DNA of 64,000 bases, from contig CAUYUJ010000029.1 in NCBI GenBank assembly GCA_963575745.1, forward strand, positions 1 to 64,000, read 5' to 3'. This document shows positions 26,485 to 41,000 of this stretch, piece after piece; the stretch's first letter is position 1; every line of letters starts with the position of its first letter. The notes below the pieces were generated by a model that was not told where the DNA came from, searched no databases, and saw only the letters and a list, made by a program, of their open reading frames with translations. Origin of the DNA: Prorocentrum cordatum (taxonomy: Eukaryota). The position numbers were made by a program, and so were the translations under genes.

Positions 26485-29400
26485 AATGCGCATGCGGCCT
26501 CTTCCAGAATTCTGTGTGCTAACATGAAAGATTCAGCGTGATGGTGGTGATGGCCCCGGTCTAAGCCCACGGCCCCTCCTCCGCAGACTCCTCCGCCCCC
26601 GCCGCCTCCGCCGCCCCTGGGCAGCAGCCGCGCCGCCGCCTCTCCTGCTCCGCCCTCTGCTCTTCCTTCGCCGCCCGCGACAGCGCACCAGCGGCAGGAA
26701 CTTTCCCCCCCCTCCCTCCCCCCTTCCCCCCCCTGCCCCCCCCCTTCCCCCCTTCCCCCCTTTCCCCCCCCCCCCTCCCCCCTTCTTGCCACGCCCGGAG
26801 GCGTGGCACACGACACACACACAGGGAAAAAGCTCCGTGCTCCACCCCCCCCGGCCCTGCCCGCGCCCCGCGCGCTCCCATACCGAGCGGGCGGCCCCCG
26901 CCGGTCTGGCCGTACGCGAACACGGTCACGTTGTAGCCGTCCAGCACCGACTGCACCAGCTCCTCCCGCGCCGGCCGGGGCGTCCGCCCGGCGGCGGCGG
27001 CGGCGGGGGCACGGTGATCGGGTCGGGCGAAAGGGGGGGATAGCAAAGGGGGGGTTTGAGAATCAGCTCACGTAGCTGATTTTCCCGGCGCCTCCCGGCG
27101 CCGGGCGCCGGGAGGCGCCCATGTATCGAGGAATGGGCCCAGCGGCGGGGCCGAAACCAGCTGCGTGCAGCAAATTTCGTAACCCCCCCTTTCCCAATCC
27201 CCCCCTTTCGCCCGACCCGAGGTGAGGGCGTTGGATGAGGGACCAAGGGGTAAGGAACCCAGGGTCTCGAATAGCCAGCGGAGCTTCGATCGTGGACTGG
27301 CCACGGATATCGCCGCCGCCCTTCTCGGACAAGGACTCCTCTCCGGGGCCCGAAGCCTCCTGGGCACGTTCCTTAACCAACGCCCCCATCGTAGAGGAGC
27401 GTATGCGGCGTGAGCGTAAATTCTCGGAGGTCCGCGCGGATTTCTTGGATCGGCGCCGAGCCCCCCTCCCGGGCGCGCGGAGCGCGCCAGGGGCGGCGCC
27501 GGAGGCGCCGCCAGGGGGGCCCCGGCGCGGAGCCGAGAAACCCGCGCGGAGCGCCAAAAGTTTCATGCTTCTGCGAATGCCATTTTTTTCTTCTTCGAAC
27601 GGACGACGCCGATCGCCGACGACGACGCCGACGACGCCGGCGCCAACAGCGTCGAGATCGTGCTCATGCGGCTCTCTGAACGGGGGGGGCCCTCCCGCGG
27701 AGCTTCGCCCTCGACCTCGGAGGGTCGATGGGGGGACGCGAGGAAACGTCTTACCAGAGGAGTAAAAACCGGAGGAGGAGGAGGAGGAGGAGGAGGAGGA
27801 GGAGGAGGAGGAGGAAGAGTGAGGAGGAATAGAAACAGGAGGAGGAGGAGGAGGAGGAGGAGGAGGAGGAGGAGGAGGAGGAGGAATAAAAACAGGAGTA
27901 GGAGGAGGAGGAGGAGGAGGAGGAGGAGGAGGAGGAGGAGGAGGAATAACCAAACGCATAAACGTAAACTTTTGACGGTCCGCGCAGATTTTTTGGATCT
28001 GAGCTGTAGCCCCCTCTCCACCAGTGGCGGCGTCGGAGGCGCCGCCGGGGAAGAGGAGGAGGAGGAGGAAAAGGAGGAGGAGGAGGAGGAGGAGGAGGAG
28101 GAGGAGGAGGAGGAGGGAGGAGGGAGGAGGAGGGAGGAGTCAGGAGGGAGCAGGAAGAAACAACTCATAAACATAAGCTTTCGACGGTCCGCGGGGATTT
28201 CTTGGATCTGAGCTGGGGCTCCCTCTGCCAGTGGCGGCGTCGGAGGCGCCGACGGGGAAGGAGGAGGAGGAGAAGGAGGAGGAAGAGGAGGAGGAGGAGG
28301 AGTGAGGAGGGAGGAAGAAACAACTCATAAACATAAGCTTTTGACGGTCCGCGCGGATTTCTTGGATCTGAGCTGGGGCCCCTCCGCCAATGGCGGCGTC
28401 GGAGGCGCCGCCGGGGAAGCCTTCAGAGGCCTTCATGCTGTGCCTCTGGAGGCCTCCGGGGGGGCTTCCGGCAGTCAGGATTTGGGGCGGGAGCAGAGCT
28501 TGCCGGGCCACGCTCCTTCTGCCGCCGCTGTCGCCACTCCTCCCGCTCCTCGCTCCCGCCCCCTACTGCCGACGTGCACTGGATGCAGATTTTACTCTTA
28601 CTGTACAACGGCCATGATCACGTAGGGCCAATCGCAACGTGACGCCACGGGCGGAATTGAAGCTGGAGAGTCGGTGGGCAACCCTAATGCAAGGCCGTTC
28701 GCGCCCTTGCACTGGATGCAGATTTCGCTTGCGAGCACAGCGTGAACCGCTAGCGTCCACCCAACAACATGCGGCACGCTGGCGTCCACCCAACACTGCT
28801 GCGACTGTGCACCGAATGCCTGGTCCAATCCCATGGTGCTCTTGCGCCTTCCCTCGTCACGAGCATCTGTCTGCCCTCCTCCTCCTCCTCCGCCCTCCCC
28901 TCGTCCTCCACCCCCCCCCTCTCCCGCTCTCACCCCTCTCCTCCTCGCCGTCTTCCTGCGGCTCCCCATCCTCGTCCTCCTCCCTCTCGTTCCCCTTGCC
29001 TCCCTTCTCCTCCTGCTCCTGCCTCTCCTCCTCCTCGTCTGGCTTGGGCTGTGTCTGGAGGCTCACCCCGCCCCCCACCCCCCCCCTTTGCTCCCTCCAC
29101 TGGGGCCCGCGCGGACAGGATCGGGGCCTGCTCCCCAATTCGTCCTCTCCATTCTCATCCCACGCCTCCACCTCCCTGTTCCCTCTTCCTCATCCTTGTC
29201 CTCCTTGTCCTCCTCTTCCTCCTCCTCCTCCCTCCTCTAACCTCCTCTGACCTCCTCGTCCCTCCGCCTGGTGCCTGGTGCCTGAAGGCGCAAGAGTCGT
29301 ACAGACGCCGCCCTCCGCTCCGCCTCCTCCTCCTCCTCCTCCTCCTCCGCCGCCTCCTCCTCCTCCTCCTCCTCCTCCTCCTCTTCCTACTCCTCCTCCC

Positions 29401-29496
29401 CCTCCTCCTCCTCCTCCTCCTCCTCCTCCTCCTCCACGTGCGTCGCTGATTCCCTCGTCCTCCCCATTTTCGCCCTCGTCCTCGGCCCCTGTCCTG

Positions 29497-29549
<53 letters not shown>

Positions 29550-32500
29550 CGCCGTCATCGTCCTCATCTGGCCTCTTGCCCCTCGTCGTCCTCCCCCTGC
29601 CTCCTGCCGCGTCCTCGTCCCCAGCATCCTCGTGCTTTCCTCCTCCTCCGTTTCAGCTGTTCCCTTGCCGTCGCTCGGACGTCCACTCCCCCGTGCATTT
29701 GTTCGGCTTCGTGCGTGTTTCCATGCGAAAGGTGCTCCAAGATGCTCCTCGGGAGCTCTCGCCGAGAGAGAATGCACACGTCCGAGCGATGCCAAGCTCT
29801 CGCCCCCGCTCCCGCGCCTGCCCGTGCTGCTGCTGCTGCTTCTGGTGTAGCCCCGGGCCTGTCCGCTCCCCTGCCCTTCGTCTGCGTCTCGGCCTCCCTG
29901 CCGTCCCAGTCCTCCTCCCCCTCTTCCTTCTCGTCCTCCTCCCTCGTTCTCCGTCTCCTCCTCCTCCTCCTTCTCGCTCTCCTCCCTCCTTCTTCTCGTT
30001 TTCCTCCCTCCTCCCCCTCATCCTCTTTCTCGTTCTCCCCCTCCTCCTTCTCGTTCTACGTCTCCTCCTTCTCTGTGTACTCGTCTCTCTCCTTCTTCTT
30101 CTTCTTCTTCTTCTTCTTCTTTTTCTTTGCCTCCGTCGCTTCCTTTGCGCCAACTTCTCACAATGTCGATGTGCGATGGCAACATCAACAGGACGAGTGG
30201 GTTCTGTGCACCGGGACTGCCTGAATGCTCTCTTCCCCCCGCCGAGAAGCCCGGCATAATTTCGGATGGGTGTGTCTTCTGCGTTTCCTGCCCCGCCGAC
30301 CGCCTCCTGTATGCGTTTGCCCAGCTCTTCCTTGACCCCTTCTCGCGGAACTCCTCTTTCCCACATTCTCCATTCTGCTCCTCTCCCCTCCCCCCACCCC
30401 CCTGCCACGGCAAGGCGACGGCACGGCGGAAACACCTCGGGACCACGGCGAGCCGCGCAAAGTCTTGGTGCATCGGGCGCCGCGGCCGCTCCGGAGTGCT
30501 CGGAGAGCGCTCCAGAACGTGGCTGGAGCGACTCCATCCTTGTCCCAAGCTGGCCTGGACCTTGGCGCCTCTGGATAGAAGAAGAACAGCGCCATCAGCA
30601 TAAACTTTTGGCGCTCTGCGCGGCTCTCTTGGATCTGCGCTGGACCCCCCTCCCTGGCGCGCGGAGCGCGCCAGGGGCGGCGCCGGAGGTGCCTCCGGGG
30701 GGGGCCCAGCGCGGATCCAAGAAATCCGCGCGGAGCGCCAAAAGTTTATACTTCCTCTTCGACTGGAGACCCCCCCGAGCATCCGACGCCGTGATTCTGC
30801 TCGCAGGAAGCGGCCCCCCTGGAGGTCTGGACCCCTTCCCGGGATCCGGTTCTTCAGTCTGAGTGGTCCTTCGACGGCCCCGGGGCGCGGCGGGGGCTAA
30901 ACCCTAAACCCTAAACCCTAAACCCTAAACCCTAAACCCTAAACCCTAAACCCTAAACCCTAAACCCTAAACCTGCCCCAGAGCCTCCGTCTTGCCGCTT
31001 CCACGGCGCGCGGAGGCCCTGGGTCCCTTCGGGGCCTCCCAGATGGGGTCGGAGCAGGCGGGGTCGGAGGCTCGCGCCGCATCGCCGCTGCGTCCACGAG
31101 GCCTGGGCGATGCATCGGCGACGCGTCGGCGCCGCATCGGCGAGGCGTCGGCGTGGAGGGAGCCGAGAGCCCCCCCTTGCGCCGCGTCGTGGATGCAGCG
31201 GCGGCGCGGCGCGGTCCTCCGAGCCCATCCACACAGAAACCCCCCTCTGGAGGAAGAGGAGGAGGAGGAGGAGGAGGAGGAGGAGGAGGAGGAGGAGGAG
31301 GAGGAGGAGGAGGACGAGGAGGAGGCGGCGGAGGCGGAGGAGGAGGAGGAGGAGGAGGAGGAGGAGGAGGAGGAGGAGGAGGTGTCCTTGCAGTCGGCGA
31401 AGACGTCCTCCTGCGTCCCGGGCATGAACACGGCGTCGTAGGCGTGCTTCGACACGTCCGGGGCCTCCTTTGCCGCCTCCGGCGGGGAAGCGTGGCGCGC
31501 GCACGCTTCGGAGGCGCTGCAACGCGCGTGGGGCAGGGGCCCGCACGGCCAGCACGGCCACTCCGAAGCAGGCCTGCCTGGGCGGCACCTAAGCTGGCCC
31601 GATGCGCAGCACGCAACACGTGGCGCATCGACACGGAGATCAACGCGCAGACCGAAGACGCGAGTCTGACGCGATGCGTTCGCCAACACGTTGGCCAATA
31701 CGCGGAATCAACACGCATCGTATCGACATGGACGTTTTAAGCAAGGTACGTGTTGCGTATCAAAACGGGCGTATCGAGGCAGCTAAGCTCCCAAGCAGAC
31801 GTAGCTCGGCACCGTCCGACCTATCCTCATCCCCAGTTTGCCAGCCCTCAGCCTCAGCGCCATCAGCAGAGCCCCCACGAGGCGGGGATGGATGTCGCGA
31901 GGCCCGACGGAAATGGCATCTGTCCCCACCTGGGGGGATGGGATGTCGGGAAGCCAGGCCAAGGCTCTCCCGCTGGGCACAGGGACAAGTCTGGCGGCGC
32001 TGACCAGCCCAACCCACTGGCGACTCGGGCCAACAATTGCGCCATATTCTATTCGTTACTCTTGGGGAAGCGTGTTCCACTGTTCGCGAAGTAACCACTC
32101 GCAAATGGCGTGGGCCCACCGCCAGGGATTTACGATCTATTCCATAGGGGAAGCCATATGACGGATTCCGGAAACCCTTAATCCAAAAATGTTGTCGTCG
32201 TCTCTTCTTGAGCAGGGACCGACCGTCCCGGCATTCCTATAGTCCTACCACGAAATCTTCTTAGAACCCAAATCTGTTCTAAGAACAAAAGCAATGTTCT
32301 TAGAACATAAGCCCGGTGTGTTCAACCAAGACAGGCTCCGCCAGAAATGTTCTAAGAACATTTCCTGGAAACCACAAAAGGTTCTTAGAACATTGTTTGG
32401 TAGCGCTATAGGCGAGCCAGGACGCTTCGCCACTGCTTGATCTTGGGAGGTCGACTTCTGCTGCCGTTGGCTGCCGCCGGCGGAGCCGCCGCCGTTTCAC

Positions 32501-35500
32501 TCCCGCCGCCTTCCGCCGACCCTCCGTGGCCCTCCGCCGAGGAAGACATGACAACTCCCGCGATCCTCGAAGGCAAGACCCCTTTTTGTCGGGGATGGAC
32601 AGACCTCCCTTTAGTAAAACGTGGTTTAGTGAAAACGACCTCGGGCCCAAACCTGGCGGGCGCGAGCCTGGAAAATAACGGCCGCGGCGCCCTCTCGAGA
32701 ACCGCAAACGGACAATTCACTAATCGACGTGTCAGGGTTGGAGGTCTGTCCACCCCCGATTCTGGAACGCCCCACGTTTTTTTGCGGACGTTTGCGAGGA
32801 GACACCTTCGCGAGTCGTGGGACGAGCTCGATGAGACTCCTGGTGTTTGGTCGGGCATGTCCCCCTACAGGCGGACGAAAGCTCAGAAATATTCAAAACA
32901 TGTTCAAAAGTACTCAAAAATGCTAGAAAAATCGTCCCCATACTATTTTTGGACTACTTTCAAACATTCCCCCTCTAGAGGGACAGGCCCGACTTAATCC
33001 TGGTGTCTGGAGGCCGCCTCTTTGGGCCACGGGGGGCGGTCGAACAGCTGCACCAGAGGAGAGACCAATCCGGGGCTGACACAAGACGAAGCCAGGACGA
33101 GGATAAACTCGTGTGAAGACTAATCGAGAATCTCTGAGAATCGGCGGGTTTGAAAGATGTATCGGGCGCCGCGGCCTTCTCAGAGCGTTCTGGAATGCTC
33201 TGAGAGCGTTCCGGATCGCTCGGGAACGGATTTGTCCTCGCCCTAGCCCCGTCTGGCACTGGATGGAAAAGACACCACCTCGCCATCTCTCGGACGTCCA
33301 TTCCCTGTGCACTTTTCGTTTTCGCTCGTGCTCTTCGCGCCAGATGATCCAGGATGCTCCTCACGGGTCCTCGCCGAAAACAACATGCACATGTCCGAGC
33401 GACGCAAAGACACTGGACGACACGCCGAAAAACGGCGCTGGATGACGACAGCGTGGGGAGCTCCACGGAGAGGCGACTCCACAACACCGCGTCGGAGAGG
33501 AGGACGACCCTGGAGGATTACAATGCCCACAGCACCAGGAGGAAACTCACGATGAGGAGGAGGAGGAGGAGGAGAAGGAGGAGGAGGAGGAGGAGGAGGA
33601 GGAGGAGGAGGAGGAGGAGAGGGAGGGGAGGAGGAGGGGGAGGAGGAAGAGGATTTTTTACATCAACGCTCAGAGCCTCAGGCCAATGAGGAAAGTGATG
33701 AAGGAGTAGCCGAAATCGAAGAAGACGTGATCGTCCCAGGAAAGCGGTAGCTCCCAGCATCTGTTGGAGTACAATGCAAAAGGCGAACATGTCATAGAAG
33801 ATCCAATAACTGAAACCACAACCCAGTAACGCCGTAGATCACGTCGGACTGCTGAGCCCATACAGAAGTGCCGATAAGGGCCGCTCCAGGAAACAAAGCT
33901 CCGCACGAGAAAAAAAAACAGTGCCACACGACGCCACACGCCGTAGATCTCGTCGGACAGCTGAGCCCCTCCAGAACGCACCAAGTAGGCCGTACCAGGA
34001 ATCAAAGCACCGCACGTGAAAAAAAAACAATGCCATATGACGCCACGAGCCGTAACCCCAGAAGCTGGATATCCTGAAATGGGCAATCACGGACAACAAG
34101 CACTCCAAGAAGAAAACAACGACGCCGAAGATGAAGAAGGCGGACCGAACAAGAACCCCTCGCCTGGGTCAGGTGGAAGACCCACAGGACACCACACACG
34201 TGACTGCCGAGCACGCACATCCTCGACGTCGGCATCGCCCTTCATGTCCGTCGTGGAGCCCAGCCACTCGCTGGCGATGGCCGCACGGGCCCGCCACCAG
34301 CCTGGGCCGCGGGGAGCGGCACCCACGTGATGGCCAACGGCCACGTCTGGAAACCCTCCCCTGGCGGACATGGGAGATGGCATAGCTGAAGCTGATGCCA
34401 TCTGGAGCGCGCCTGGATACCCTCCCCTGGCGGAACTGGGAGATGGCCGAGCTGAAGCTGATGCCATCTGGAGCCCGTCGCTAACGCCCTGCACCTCCTT
34501 GCCCGAGCAGACCGAGGAGAAGACGGCGTCAGCAGAGGTGTAGCCAGCATCCGCTGCAAAGAGCTGAGCTGCCAGGGAGAGCGCCACCTGGAAACCGTCC
34601 CCGAACGCGACGCCCAGCTCCACGTCGGGCGGCGTCCACGACCCTGGAGCAAGCCAGCTCCCGATCGGCTCAAGCTGCTTGCCGAAGTTGCAGCACGACC
34701 CGAACCCGAGCCCCTGCAGCAGGGACTCGTCTTGGACACCGTCCATGGCCACGACGCCGTCGCCGAACTTCGCGTGGGAGGAGTCGCTGATATCCAGGCC
34801 CGACCGCTCCGCTGTCCACCACTCGAGCCTGGGCCCTGCCGCCGCGGCAGGGAGCTCGGCGGAGGAGGCCGAGGCGAAGCCGCCCTCGGGGGCTTCAGCC
34901 GCGTGCCACGCTGCGTTGCGCCGCAAACGCGCGGCGCCCGGGATCCGCCGGCGGGCTGACAGGCAGCGCAGCGCGGGCCGCGCCGCTGCCTCCCGGTCGC
35001 GCCAGGAGCCGGGCTCGCCGGAGCCGAAAGCAAGGCGTAAGGCGGCCTCGCAGGCACGCTGCGCCCGAGCTCGGGCCAGGCGGCGAGCAGCCGAGGGACC
35101 GAGGCGTGCAGCGTCGGCTTGTCGCATCGAACTTGGCCGCCACATCGAGGGGCAGCCCACCGTCGCCATTGCTCGAGCCCGCCCTCGCGCGCCCGAGCCA
35201 GGCTTGAGCCAAAATGGCTACGGAAGGGGAGGAGGAGGAGGAGGAGGAGGAGGAGGAGGAGGAGGAGGAGGAGGAGGAGGAGGAGGAGGAGGAGGTCTGG
35301 GGATGCGGCTCTCCAGCCGCTGCAGCCGGCAGACCTCGGCAGAGCCGGCGCGCCTCGCACGGCGCGAGGCCGCCTCCCGTGGGGGCCTGCGGAGGCCCCG
35401 CGGGGCCGAGGCGGGGGCCGAGGCGGAGGCACGGCGGGCTCGCGGGCTCGGTGCTGCGCTGGCACGACGGCGGGATCTGCTGCAGGCTTCGGAAGCCGGG

Positions 35501-38026
35501 CAAGGGCTGCTACAGTCAAGGCGTTGACCTTACTAAGGTACCCTAGATAAGGAACGGGGCGCCTTTTCTCCACAAGTGAGGCTTCGATGTCCCATCGACA
35601 TTTTCAAGAGAACCTTAGGCAAGGTGTGGAACAATTAAGGCACACCGAGCCCCTCCCCGACGAAAGAAGTTCCTTCTTCGACGCCCCGACTGTAAGTCCG
35701 TGGCTGCCAAAATCGACCTCCGGGAAGTTGTCTCCGTCCTCCCGGGAAGAAGCCCGTTGACTCTTTCGCGTGCCGCGCCTCGTTCCAGGAAGCTGTTTTT
35801 TTCATTCGGGAGGGCCGCTTTAGCAGCCAAGGTTCTAGCAGCCCTCGCCGGCTTTCGAAAGCTTCCGGCATGAACAGAAACTTTTGGCGTTCCGCGCGGA
35901 TTTCTCGGATCCGCGCTGGACCCCACTCCCTGGCGCGCGGAGCGCGCCAGGGGCGGCTGCGGAGGCGCCGCCGGGGGGGCCCAGCGCGGATCCAAGACAT
36001 CCGCGCGGAGCCCCAACAGTTCATGTTTATGCTGTTCTTCTTCGGAAAGAAGAATCTCCGGCGATCCTTGGCAGGAGAACTCCTCGGGTGATGCATCAGT
36101 CAGACGGGTCCCGGGGTAGGAAAGGGGAACACGCGCCCCCCAGCCGAGCAGTAGCTGTGACCCCCCCCCCTGGCAGGGCGATGGTCAGACCTTTACAATA
36201 GGAGCTCGACCACAAGAAACCTTCCACGAGAAACCTTTTGTCTTTTGGTGTGGGAGCGTTTTTGGTGTGGGAGCGTCACGCTTTCCATAGCAAAACCATC
36301 GAAACCCAAGAAACCCAGAGCACCCTGGAAGCAAGCAGGTTGTTCCTTGGCATGGGCTCCCAATGTATCCGACAATGCTTGGCAAAAAAACTCCTCGGGG
36401 CCCCAGTGCTGATAGCATCAGTCAAACGGGTTCTGGGGCAGGGAAGGGGAACACGCGCCCCCCAGCCGAGCAGTAGCTGTGACCCCCCCCCTGGCAGGGC
36501 GATGGTCAGACCTTTACAATAGGAGCTCGACCACAAGAAACCTTCCACGAGAAACCCTTTGTCTTTTGGTGTGGGAGTGTTTATGGTGTAGGCAGTGCCT
36601 CTTCCGCATCATCCGGTGGCACAACGTTGCGCATCGCCTTCGTGGTGTTCTTCTTCTCCTTGGGCCTCCTCCGTATCATCCTGTGGCACAACGTTGCTCA
36701 TCGCCTTAGTGGTGTTCTTCTCCCTCCTGGGCGTCGACCTGGTCAATGGCACGTCCTTCCCCGCTGTATTTGAGGCTGGTGTTCGCGACGCGCCGCTGAC
36801 GGCTACACCATCTCCACCACCTTCCGGGTCTTTGCCCCCGGCACCGTCCACGGCGTACCTTCTCGTGTGCAAGCTCTTCGGCACCGCCTGCACCCCGGGC
36901 TCCACCTGCTCCGGCCGCCTGAGGCCCCGCCTTCCTGCGCCCTGTCTCCCTAATTAAAGCTGCGCGTAGCCCGCCTAGCTTTTAGCGGAAGAGGTTCGCT
37001 CTCGCCCCGCCGACCAAAAAAAATGTTTATGGTGTGGGAACGCCACGCTTTCCATAGCAAAACCATCGAAACCCAAGAAACCCAGGGCACCCTAGAGGCA
37101 AGCAGGGTGCTTCTTGGCATGGGTCTCCATTGCACCTGTTTCGCTAGTCCCGATAGGAGGGGGCCAAGGTGGTGGGCCTGCTTTACACCACCACCACCAC
37201 GAGTTGAAGGGGGAGGAGGAGGAGGAGGACGAGGAAGAGGAGGGCGAGGAGGAGGAGGACCAGTGTAAACCCACGAGTGACGAACGATGTTAGAATAAAC
37301 CCTCCCCCCAAGCTCCCTCTTCATCGGCCCCTGCAACTGTTCATTTCCAAAGAAAGACCTGCCTCGTTGGAAGACAACCGTTTGAACATCCTGAAGCATG
37401 CCGAACTATTGTTCTCGGGATTCCAACGTCACGGATCGACTTGACTGTTGCGTCTTGACGATCCTGAATCGTGCCAGATTGCCAATCCTGGGGCTTCAAC
37501 ACCGCGAACCATTGTAAATGTTGCGCCCCTCATAATCGTAAGCCCTTCCAAAGCATCATTTCTGGTACGTCAAGTATGGGAATCAGTGAAACTCTTGTTC
37601 TTTATTTTAGAAGACTGTGCTCGACGCTAAGGCGAGAACCACATTTTGAAAACGAACCGCCCTCAATCCGTGAAACTTTTGCAAATGTTGAACACGAATG
37701 TGCGCGGCGCTAAAACGAGAACCACATTTTGAAAACCACACACCCTCCATCCGTGAAGCTGTTGCCGTTTTTATAATGAATGTGCGCGGCGCTAAGGCGA
37801 GAGCCACATCTTGAAAACCATCCGCCTTCCATCTGTGAAACTGTTGCCAATTTCTTACAACGAATGTGCGTGGTGCTAAGGCGAGAGCCACATGTTGAAA
37901 CCATCCGCCCTCCATCTGCGAAACTGCTGCCAATGTTTAGGCTTCAGCGTCATAAGTGGTGAGGAAGTCTCAAGCGAAACGCCCGGCCCGCCCTAACGAC
38001 TGGCCTCGGGGTGCGACATGGAGGAG

Positions 38027-38060
<34 letters not shown>

Positions 38061-41000
38061 AGAAGGAATGGAGGAGGACCCTGGAGGCAAGCAGGGCGTT
38101 TCTTGGCATGGGCTTCCACTGCATGCGTCTTCCGACGGCCACCCCCATCCCCGCCTCCTCGGCGGAGAAACGAGAGAAGACCCTGCCGATTTCCAACCAG
38201 CAGACGACCCGGCAGGCTTCTCCGCCCCGGGCTCCGTGGTGCGACCTCTCTCACGCGTACATGTCGGGGCCCAGGGACACCCACCCACCCACCCACCCAC
38301 GCACACACAGCACACAGCACACAGCACACAGCACACAGCACACAACACACAACACACAACACACAGCACACGACACACTACACTCACCACACGACACACG
38401 GCACACAACCCACAACACACAGCACACAGAACACAGCACACAGCACACAACACACAGCACACAGCACACAACAGACAACAGACAACACACAACACACAGC
38501 ACACAACACACAACACACTACATACGACACACAACACACAGCACACAACACGCAGCACACGACACACAAGACACCACACGCACAACACACAACATACAAT
38601 ACACAGCACACAGCGTACAGCGTACGGCACGCAGCACACAGCACACAACACACAACACACAGCACACAACACACAACACACAACACCACAACACACAACA
38701 CCACACACTCACCCACCCATACACCCACACACCCACACCCACACACAAAAGTACACACACATCCCAGGATTCCCCATACTTTTCCATCTCTTAGGGGTTC
38801 TCGTCTCCCCCCCAACTTCCCGCATTTCCCCATATCGTCGGTCGGGGGGATCGACGACCAGTCGTGTCGGTGTGTCTTTCCCCCTCCCGAGCACAGGACG
38901 CGCCTCGCCCGCGCCACGGCCTGCGTCCCCCCGTGCGGGGGGCGCGCTGGCAGCCAGAGGCGCACGGACTGCCAGGAGGACCCTGAGGCCCTGCGGCTCC
39001 TCGTCGCCGCCCCCGTCGTCGCGGGCAACGGACGGGGGCCCTGGGACACACAAAAACAGACAGACACACATCCCAGGATGTCCCCGTATTTTCTCCAATT
39101 CTTTTCTGGAGTTCCATCTTCCCCCCCACTTCCCATATTTTCCCATCTCTTCCCGGGGATCAGCGGTTCATTGCGTCTGTGTTTTTTCCCCTCCTGATCT
39201 TGAGGGATGGGAAAACGACCCTATCCTGGGTTACAAGTGCGTGGTCTGTAAACTTCCTGGGAACCCCCCAGAGCTCAGAGCCGCGAGGGCGCGGCACATT
39301 ACGCAGGGTTTACCCTGTCAGCCCACAGGAGTTTCAGCGCACAGCGCCTCGTAAACCAGGGTGGGGGCGTTTTACATGCCCTTGATGATCAACATCCTCG
39401 TCGACACCGTCATCGCATCACCGCCGTCGGACGGAGCCGGCACCAAGAAAAAGCCCAACGGTGAGGCGCAGGCGGAGACCACGCCGCCGCTCTGACGGTC
39501 TTTGCCTCCCTCTCTTTTCTCGGCTTCCTCCTCCCTGCGCGTGCCGGTGCTGCTCCTCCTCTTCCGCCTGCTCCTGGCAATACGACTGGAGAGCGGGTGG
39601 CGCAGACGGCGGCGGCGAATGTGCGCACGCGGCGGCGATGGCCAGGACAGGGCCCGCTGTGCTTGCCGGCGGTTGAAAGTGTAGCAGGGTCCCCCTGCTG
39701 CCAACTCCCTTGTCGGGAGGGGAGGGGTAAGGGAGGAGGGGAGGGAGCAGGAGGAAAGGGATGACGATGATGATGCTGCTGATGATGATGCTGATGATGC
39801 TGCTGATGATGATGATGCTGCTGATGATGATGCCAATGCGTACGATGATGATAATCATGATAGTAGTGATGCTGATGACGCTGATGATGGGGTGATGATG
39901 CTGACACTGATGTTGCTTATACTGATGCTGATGTTGATGCGGATGATGCTGCTGCTGAGGATTATGATGATGAACGTGATGATGATGCTGCTGATAATGA
40001 TGATGCTGATTATGATGACGAGCATGAAAGTGATGGTGATGGTGATGATGATTGTGATGATTCTGATGCTGATGCTTATGCTGCTGCTAATGATGATGAA
40101 GGTGATGATGATGCTGATGATGATGATGATGATGCTGATAAAGATTATGGCGATACTGCTGACATTGAAGATGAGTGGCAAATCATGAATGATGATGGTG
40201 ATGGTGATGATGATGATGAGGAGGAGGAGGAGGAAGAGGAGGAGGAGGACCAGTGGAAAGCCAAGAGTCATCAACGATATTGGAATTAACCATCCCTCCT
40301 AGCTCCCTCTCCATCGGCTCCTACAACGGCCCAGTTCCATTGAGAGAACTGCCTCGCTTGAAGATAACCGTTCGAAGATCCTGAAGCGTACCAACACATT
40401 GTTCTCGGGATTTCAATGTTTTTGGACTTCAGCACAGCGAATCAACATAACTGTTGCGCCCGCATAATCATGAACCCTTCCAAAACACCATTTCTGGTAC
40501 GTTGAACGTGGGAAGCCGTGACATTCTTGCAAATTTTACAGAAGCGAATGTGCGCCGCGCTAAGGCGAGAACCACATTTCAAAAACCACCCGCCCTCAAT
40601 CCGTGAGACTCTTGCAATTTCTTTGAAAACGAATGTGCGCGGCGCTGAGGCGAGAACCACATTTTGAAATCCACCCGCCCTCAATCCGTGAAACCCTTGC
40701 GAAGTTTTGACACGCATGTGTGCGGCGCTAAGGCGAGAACCACATTTTGAAAACCACCCGCCTTCAACCCGTGAAACTCTTGCAATTCTTTAAAAACGAA
40801 TGTGCGCGGCGCTAAGGCGAGAACCACATTTTGAAAACCACCCGCCCTTAATCCGTGAAGCACTTGCAAATGTTGATAACGAATGTGCGCGGCGCTAAGG
40901 CGAGAGCCACATTTTGAAAACGACCCGCCCTCCATCTGTGAAACTGTTGTCACTGTTTAAGCTGCAGAATCATAAAGTGTGAGGAAGGCTCAGGCGAAAC

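Larger units (their letters stand above)
33654..35224 (-). mobile_element. SL-capped retroposed copy (retrogene or non-autonomous retroposon; element 2) inserted in a (GGA)n tract
   Basis: Perfect DinoSL at 35203-35224; intronless 360-aa ORF; A6 at 33654-33659; similar GGGGAGGAGGA.GAGGA flanks on both sides (low complexity). Confidence 0.78.

Noticed and set aside
37615..40950. CRISPR-like repeat-spacer array
   Set aside because: The spacer-like parts are similar to each other, there are no cas genes and the context is eukaryotic; it is a minisatellite.
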